A stretch of DNA of 34,865 nt. It comes from a virus (taxonomy: Duplodnaviria > Caudoviricetes). Both the position numbers and the translations under genes were made by a program. The stretch covers positions 1 through 34,865 of the IMG/VR virus record IMGVR_UViG_3300008266_000933, one strand, 5' to 3'. This document shows positions 31,701-34,865 of the stretch, piece by piece. The stretch's first letter is position 1; each line of letters begins with the position of its first letter. Under the pieces are notes generated by a model. The model was given only the letters and a program-made list of their open reading frames with translations. It was not told where the DNA came from and made no database searches.

Positions 31701-31810
31701 CATTCATAATAGGCTTTTAAAAATTGAACGAATTTTGGATGATCCTCGGCGACAAATGATGGCACTTGGCTATCAACAAGATTAGAAATATTTTCGTTAA
31801 TCTTTGCCAT
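28754..31810 (-). CDS. gp7: baseplate wedge initiator gp7-like, with an 11-triplet collagen insertion
   Basis: N-terminal [34 protein letters not shown]....ILKAS.GKW; C-terminal GFLSS..RLQ...YHDYSYVI...YR..V...LHPAG. It sits between gp6 and gp8. Confidence 0.82.
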   Translation of the reverse strand: MAKINENISNLVDSQVPSFVAEDHPKFVQFLKAYYEWLEDSSLGATIYHNKNLINLFDLDNSEYSDLITNNTLGGVIPTTGNQGPPGPQGSQGSQGSQGSQGTQGSQGSQGSVRADGTMQFAYDNCGSDTLDRTKLSKQITSLRSQPNLSYAFLFRSLYNTTVDLYSPRDDILKASHGKWILPQAIRLTASNTLFAIDTTLLKGRTVNGEQSKASRIIEGAYKTIDRDSGRQILEIFISSRDDEKNRPFFAGEFITITYVDTDETTKLIREELIGSIYDLKIDPNRRGTKYRGLEIDPDTNAISYPGDPVVFYGGLADSLDAIKAEAYVKNVSTGGIETIDLVDAGLGYRPFTGTFVTTLTPTEGHGANIFVRAVDTDNAVTLSLNTDTIGFKKDIELQAADYGFVNIGSSTIATTLGQAFAFSEVEVAPLRVVTVRQGGSGYASPPEIEFETFYASDLVADEDVMISIDTTPLAGPNTRSLYLSTSPVEYYEGSYVLIVQKNSRATREMRKIVQALTQENGSVLLVVDRAFSALINENVKVYVENRPRMKDLGQVANVRIISGGTGYAVNDLILFNSSTSVGYGANAHVSAIGGLGDITEITVTERGEGYYAAPNVSVQTTGGANAVLIAGILSNNEIANTLVDDNGVIDDFRIVQRGFDYISTPNVSLKVKDIYVKPTDAAGKIIVAGERVWQNTGATTDFTALVDSYNETTSMLRLYNYAGTLNVQNTFTTANVRADSNVTFNVAQYSNGTYKVITYGDGRAKANAFFANGVIQYDGYFFNTDGFLSSGKRLQGPRKYHDYSYVIAVDKALDAYRNVVLNTLHPAGQILFGQYNVDREINVLSNEETLNVAIISPLVGTINVEANTATVEGVGTSFTSSANANDILVIDTGNSYREQSKYITEVIDNTTLVLESNLSFVGFGRANVMTNSNVITIYDTTIELSSFLEIGDVISINVANTVNANISNVVIAEIETINDVTNRITCNTVFTSLNGNSRIYIVSPTYTDVDYKIIPEA

Positions 31811-31811
31811 A

Positions 31812-33875
31812 TTATGCTTCGACTGGCGTTAATTCTACAATTATACTTTGTGGATCATCATATTTCATTGTGATGACTTTATTTCTTATTGACTGGAATA
31901 CCGTCGTTTCTGGTTTTGCATGAACGCTTAATTGTTTAGCGTCATTTAAAATATCGAAGAAAGTCATATTATTTAAAACGACAATACCAGTATCATAATT
32001 AATAGTTCCAATGTTGTCGTTTAAAATAACTTTTTGTTGGTTTTCGTCAAAATAATAAGTTCTCAACGTACCACTCTTACCTTGTGTTACAACTTTAGCA
32101 GTTGCGCCACGAGCCTCAGGACCACCACCAGTAATTTTTACTGTAGCCGTTGTATATTCAAAGCCACGTTTTACAACATTGATGCTACGAAGAGCACCGT
32201 TATTAATCACAGCAACTGCAGTAGCACCAGTACCATCACCGACAATTTCAACTGTTGGCGTTTCTGTGTAGTTTGAACCAGGGTTTACAACCTCAATTGA
32301 ATCTACACCAGAGAATGAGAAAGGCACTTCTTCAATGAAGCAAGAACGTAATGTATCTGTAGAATCAAAAATAGTAAATTCTGGGGAAGAGTATAAGCGA
32401 TTATCTGTTGTTCCACGAATTAAAGGAACGCCGAAATCTAGCGTATAAGATCTTGCCGTTGCATTTAGTAAAGGTTTAATCTTCTTTTCAACAAATACGT
32501 TTAATTCAGTGCTCAATATTGATGGATCTGCATCATCAATGCGGCGAATTAAGCGCGAAGATCTAAACGTTGCATTAAACTTATTCAACTCAAGATTTAC
32601 AAATGATGTTACTGCAGCCTTAATGATACTTTCAATTTGTGAAGGTGTTTTATTTGTTTTTGCAGGATCATATGTTGATTTAATTCTTAAGTTTAAGTAA
32701 TTGTAGTCGGCGTCTCTAAATTCTGGTGTAATTGTTAAAATGCCGATTGGTTTTAGAACTGTTTCCTTAATAAATTCTTTTTCAGTTTGCGTGATCTCAA
32801 AACCATCTCTTGGTTTTGCTGAAATATAAACTCGACCAATTTCTGGTGGATTTTCTTCTTCTCCACTCCAAACTGTAACAGAATCGAAGTATGGATATTT
32901 TTTATTGATTAATGCAATGTAATCGTTTTTAGTTACTGCACGGTTTTGCGACAAATAACCTTTTGGTGCACTAAAGCGAATGCTTTCAATAGATTCAATT
33001 TCAGCACCAGAAGCTGCAGATTGAATTGTTGTTATTGCAACATTGCTAAATCCATCAATAATATCAATCATTGAGAACGTATTTGCTTTATTAGCAAGAG
33101 GACCGTCTGTAATTAAGTATGTAACAACAACCAAATTACCATCCTCTAATTTTTTACCGATAATTCCATCACCAAAGTAAATTTGATATTTACCGTTATC
33201 AACTTCATCAAGATAATATACGGTACTATTTTCATCAACAACACTTGCATCGTCTGCGAGAATATATTTTTGCGTTGATAAATTTGTTGCTGACTGTTGA
33301 ACAGTTACTTCAATCGTTGATATATCAATACCGACATCTGGTATTTTAAAGCGCTGTTTTGGATTTGAAACATTATCTACTACGAAAGTATAAACTAATG
33401 GAGTTCCTTGTTTAAGAACAGCATTTGCATATGTAAATTTGTTGCCTGATTTAGTCAAAACTTTATCTTGTAGCAAAACGAATGGAAAGTTAGTTCCACT
33501 AATATTTTCGCTTCTGAAACGAGTAAATCTTGGCACAAGTAAAAGATTTTGTGTGTCACCGATTGGAGGTGTAATTTCAATGTTCACGCGAGCAAGAGGT
33601 GCAACTCTTGAACGTGGAGTATACCCCAACATTTTAGCATGAGAGACAACGGATTGACGAAGGTCGGCAGTATCCAAAAACATCTCATTGGCAATCATAT
33701 TTGTATAATATGCCAAATAGTGAGTGTTGTATGCAAGAATATCCAAGAGGATGTTTAGTCCTGCACCCTCAAAGTCGTAATCTGTAAACTCTTCTCGGGT
33801 TTTGAGATAGTTCTTTAGATTTTCCTTAATAGTTTGGAATTCTAATTCGGTAATTTGAATCTTCGATTCTGCCAT
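31812..33875 (-). CDS. gp6: baseplate wedge subunit gp6
   Basis: Motifs IKENLKNYL...FTDYDFEGAGLNILLDILAYNTHY...NEMFLD.A..R.SVVSHAK.LGYTPRS, FGDGIIGKKL and QNRAVT..DY. Confidence 0.95.
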   Translation of the reverse strand: MAESKIQITELEFQTIKENLKNYLKTREEFTDYDFEGAGLNILLDILAYNTHYLAYYTNMIANEMFLDTADLRQSVVSHAKMLGYTPRSRVAPLARVNIEITPPIGDTQNLLLVPRFTRFRSENISGTNFPFVLLQDKVLTKSGNKFTYANAVLKQGTPLVYTFVVDNVSNPKQRFKIPDVGIDISTIEVTVQQSATNLSTQKYILADDASVVDENSTVYYLDEVDNGKYQIYFGDGIIGKKLEDGNLVVVTYLITDGPLANKANTFSMIDIIDGFSNVAITTIQSAASGAEIESIESIRFSAPKGYLSQNRAVTKNDYIALINKKYPYFDSVTVWSGEEENPPEIGRVYISAKPRDGFEITQTEKEFIKETVLKPIGILTITPEFRDADYNYLNLRIKSTYDPAKTNKTPSQIESIIKAAVTSFVNLELNKFNATFRSSRLIRRIDDADPSILSTELNVFVEKKIKPLLNATARSYTLDFGVPLIRGTTDNRLYSSPEFTIFDSTDTLRSCFIEEVPFSFSGVDSIEVVNPGSNYTETPTVEIVGDGTGATAVAVINNGALRSINVVKRGFEYTTATVKITGGGPEARGATAKVVTQGKSGTLRTYYFDENQQKVILNDNIGTINYDTGIVVLNNMTFFDILNDAKQLSVHAKPETTVFQSIRNKVITMKYDDPQSIIVELTPVEA

Positions 33876-33885
33876 TTTAAATAAC

Positions 33886-34281
33886 CTATCTTAATCTTTC
33901 TAGAAAAAGGTTTAACGTTACAGGTTCTATGCGATTAATCAGAAAGAACTCAATTGTTACGTTATATCCCTGATTGTCCTCGTCAGCCTGAACATAAACG
34001 TTGCGTAACTTAACGCGTGGTTCGTAATTATTAATCGTAAGTGAGATTTCTTTCTGCAATAATGAGCCAGTTCCTGCATCCATTGGTTCGAATAATAAGC
34101 GTCGAACATTTGAACCGATAGACGGATTAAATGGCTTTTCAAAGTAGTTCAATAAGATAAGATTCTTGACGGCAGTTATAATTGCACGATCGCCAAGTTT
34201 CTTATCGACATCTTTTGTGACTGGATTAATACCAAAATTTAAATCTAAATCTTTGTATAATCTTGATGTGTTTGATGCCAT
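33886..34281 (-). CDS. gp25: baseplate wedge subunit gp25 (GPW/gp25 family)
   Basis: Motifs YKDLDLNF..NP.T.D, AI...VKNLI, EKPFNP.IGS, LLFEP, INNYEPRV and FLERLR. Confidence 0.95.
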   Translation of the reverse strand: MASNTSRLYKDLDLNFGINPVTKDVDKKLGDRAIITAVKNLILLNYFEKPFNPSIGSNVRRLLFEPMDAGTGSLLQKEISLTINNYEPRVKLRNVYVQADEDNQGYNVTIEFFLINRIEPVTLNLFLERLR

Positions 34282-34306
34282 TTTCGTATCTAAACGGTAA
34301 TAGGAT

Positions 34307-34314
34307 TATTTATA
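34307..34314 (-). promoter_or_regulatory. T4 late promoter TATAAATA
   Basis: Exact consensus (plus strand tatttata) in the gap between the peptidase ORF and gp25, ~26 nt upstream of the gp25 ATG. Confidence 0.88.
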
Positions 34315-34316
34315 GG

Positions 34317-34865
34317 TTATGCCAAGCGATGGTAGCCCTGTTTGTACAATCTAAAATTGTTAAACGTTGCATTCTTCACCACGGTCGTTCCCGCTGGGCG
34401 ATTTCCTGCCTTATTGTATGAGATGTGAATCCAAGGTAAACCAGTTCCCGTGGTTTTATATTCGAGCAATAACTGATCGTGTGGGACGTTATCGCGAATC
34501 CAGAGAGCAATATCGTAGTATTCTGTTTTACTTATTCCTGGGAATTGCAGATCTGCAGCCTGACCGATTTCATGTTGCGAACGACCTGCTGAAGAGCCTT
34601 GTGGTTTGCGGAAAGCGTTCGTAACAATCATATTTGCATACTTTTCCTTGATTGGATCGAGGCAGTTGACCGCAAGAAGTTTTAAGTTGCAAACGATTTG
34701 GGCTTTGGTTAAACCGCGTTGAGGTATAACTGGTTGCTTTTCTACAATCGCATTTGAGGACAGTTTACCCAAATTCCAATACTTGGATAACATCATATTT
34801 GAATCAAATTCTTCCTGATCCTCAGGAATACCGCATTCATTCACCTTTCCGCTTGGAGCCTTCGG
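34317..34865 (-). CDS. peptidase M15 (Zn DD-peptidase) domain; probably the C-terminus of a gp5-like baseplate hub/tail lysin (partial)
   Basis: Motifs NAFR...SQHEIGQAAD (SxHxxGxAxD) and WIHISY. The frame is open to the right edge (PKAPSGKVNECG...), so the GTG at 34844 is probably not the start. The gp5 assignment rests on its position before gp25. Confidence 0.78.
   Translation of the reverse strand, partial: PKAPSGKVNECGIPEDQEEFDSNMMLSKYWNLGKLSSNAIVEKQPVIPQRGLTKAQIVCNLKLLAVNCLDPIKEKYANMIVTNAFRKPQGSSAGRSQHEIGQAADLQFPGISKTEYYDIALWIRDNVPHDQLLLEYKTTGTGLPWIHISYNKAGNRPAGTTVVKNATFNNFRLYKQGYHRLA

Noticed and set aside
20584-34624. Small antisense ORFs (61-90 aa) inside baseplate genes
   Set aside because: They are nested in conserved structural genes and have no recognisable motifs.

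Overview
The window is a late (virion structural) gene cluster of a large T4-like myovirus, with all genes on the minus strand. In transcription order (right to left) it holds: the C-terminus of a gp5-position protein with a peptidase-M15 (Zn DD-peptidase) domain, gp25, gp6, gp7, gp8, a DUF4815/VrlC-like baseplate protein apparently split into three genes, and a ~20 kb fibre island. The island has two paralogous short collagen fibres, a fibre-assembly chaperone-like gene, small adaptor-like genes, three large collagen-like proteins built from Pro-poor Gly-X-Gln triplets (two of them interrupted by a repeated ~120-aa globular domain), a LamG/ConA-like protein and a glycine-rich protein cut by the left edge. 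Three T4-type late promoters are visible. The most notable points are the giant 'beads-on-a-string' Gly-X-Gln collagen fibres, frameshifts in two fibre genes, a collagen insertion in gp7 and the three-way split of the DUF4815-like gene. Family names come from motif recognition and synteny, not database searches. Domain boundaries are approximate.
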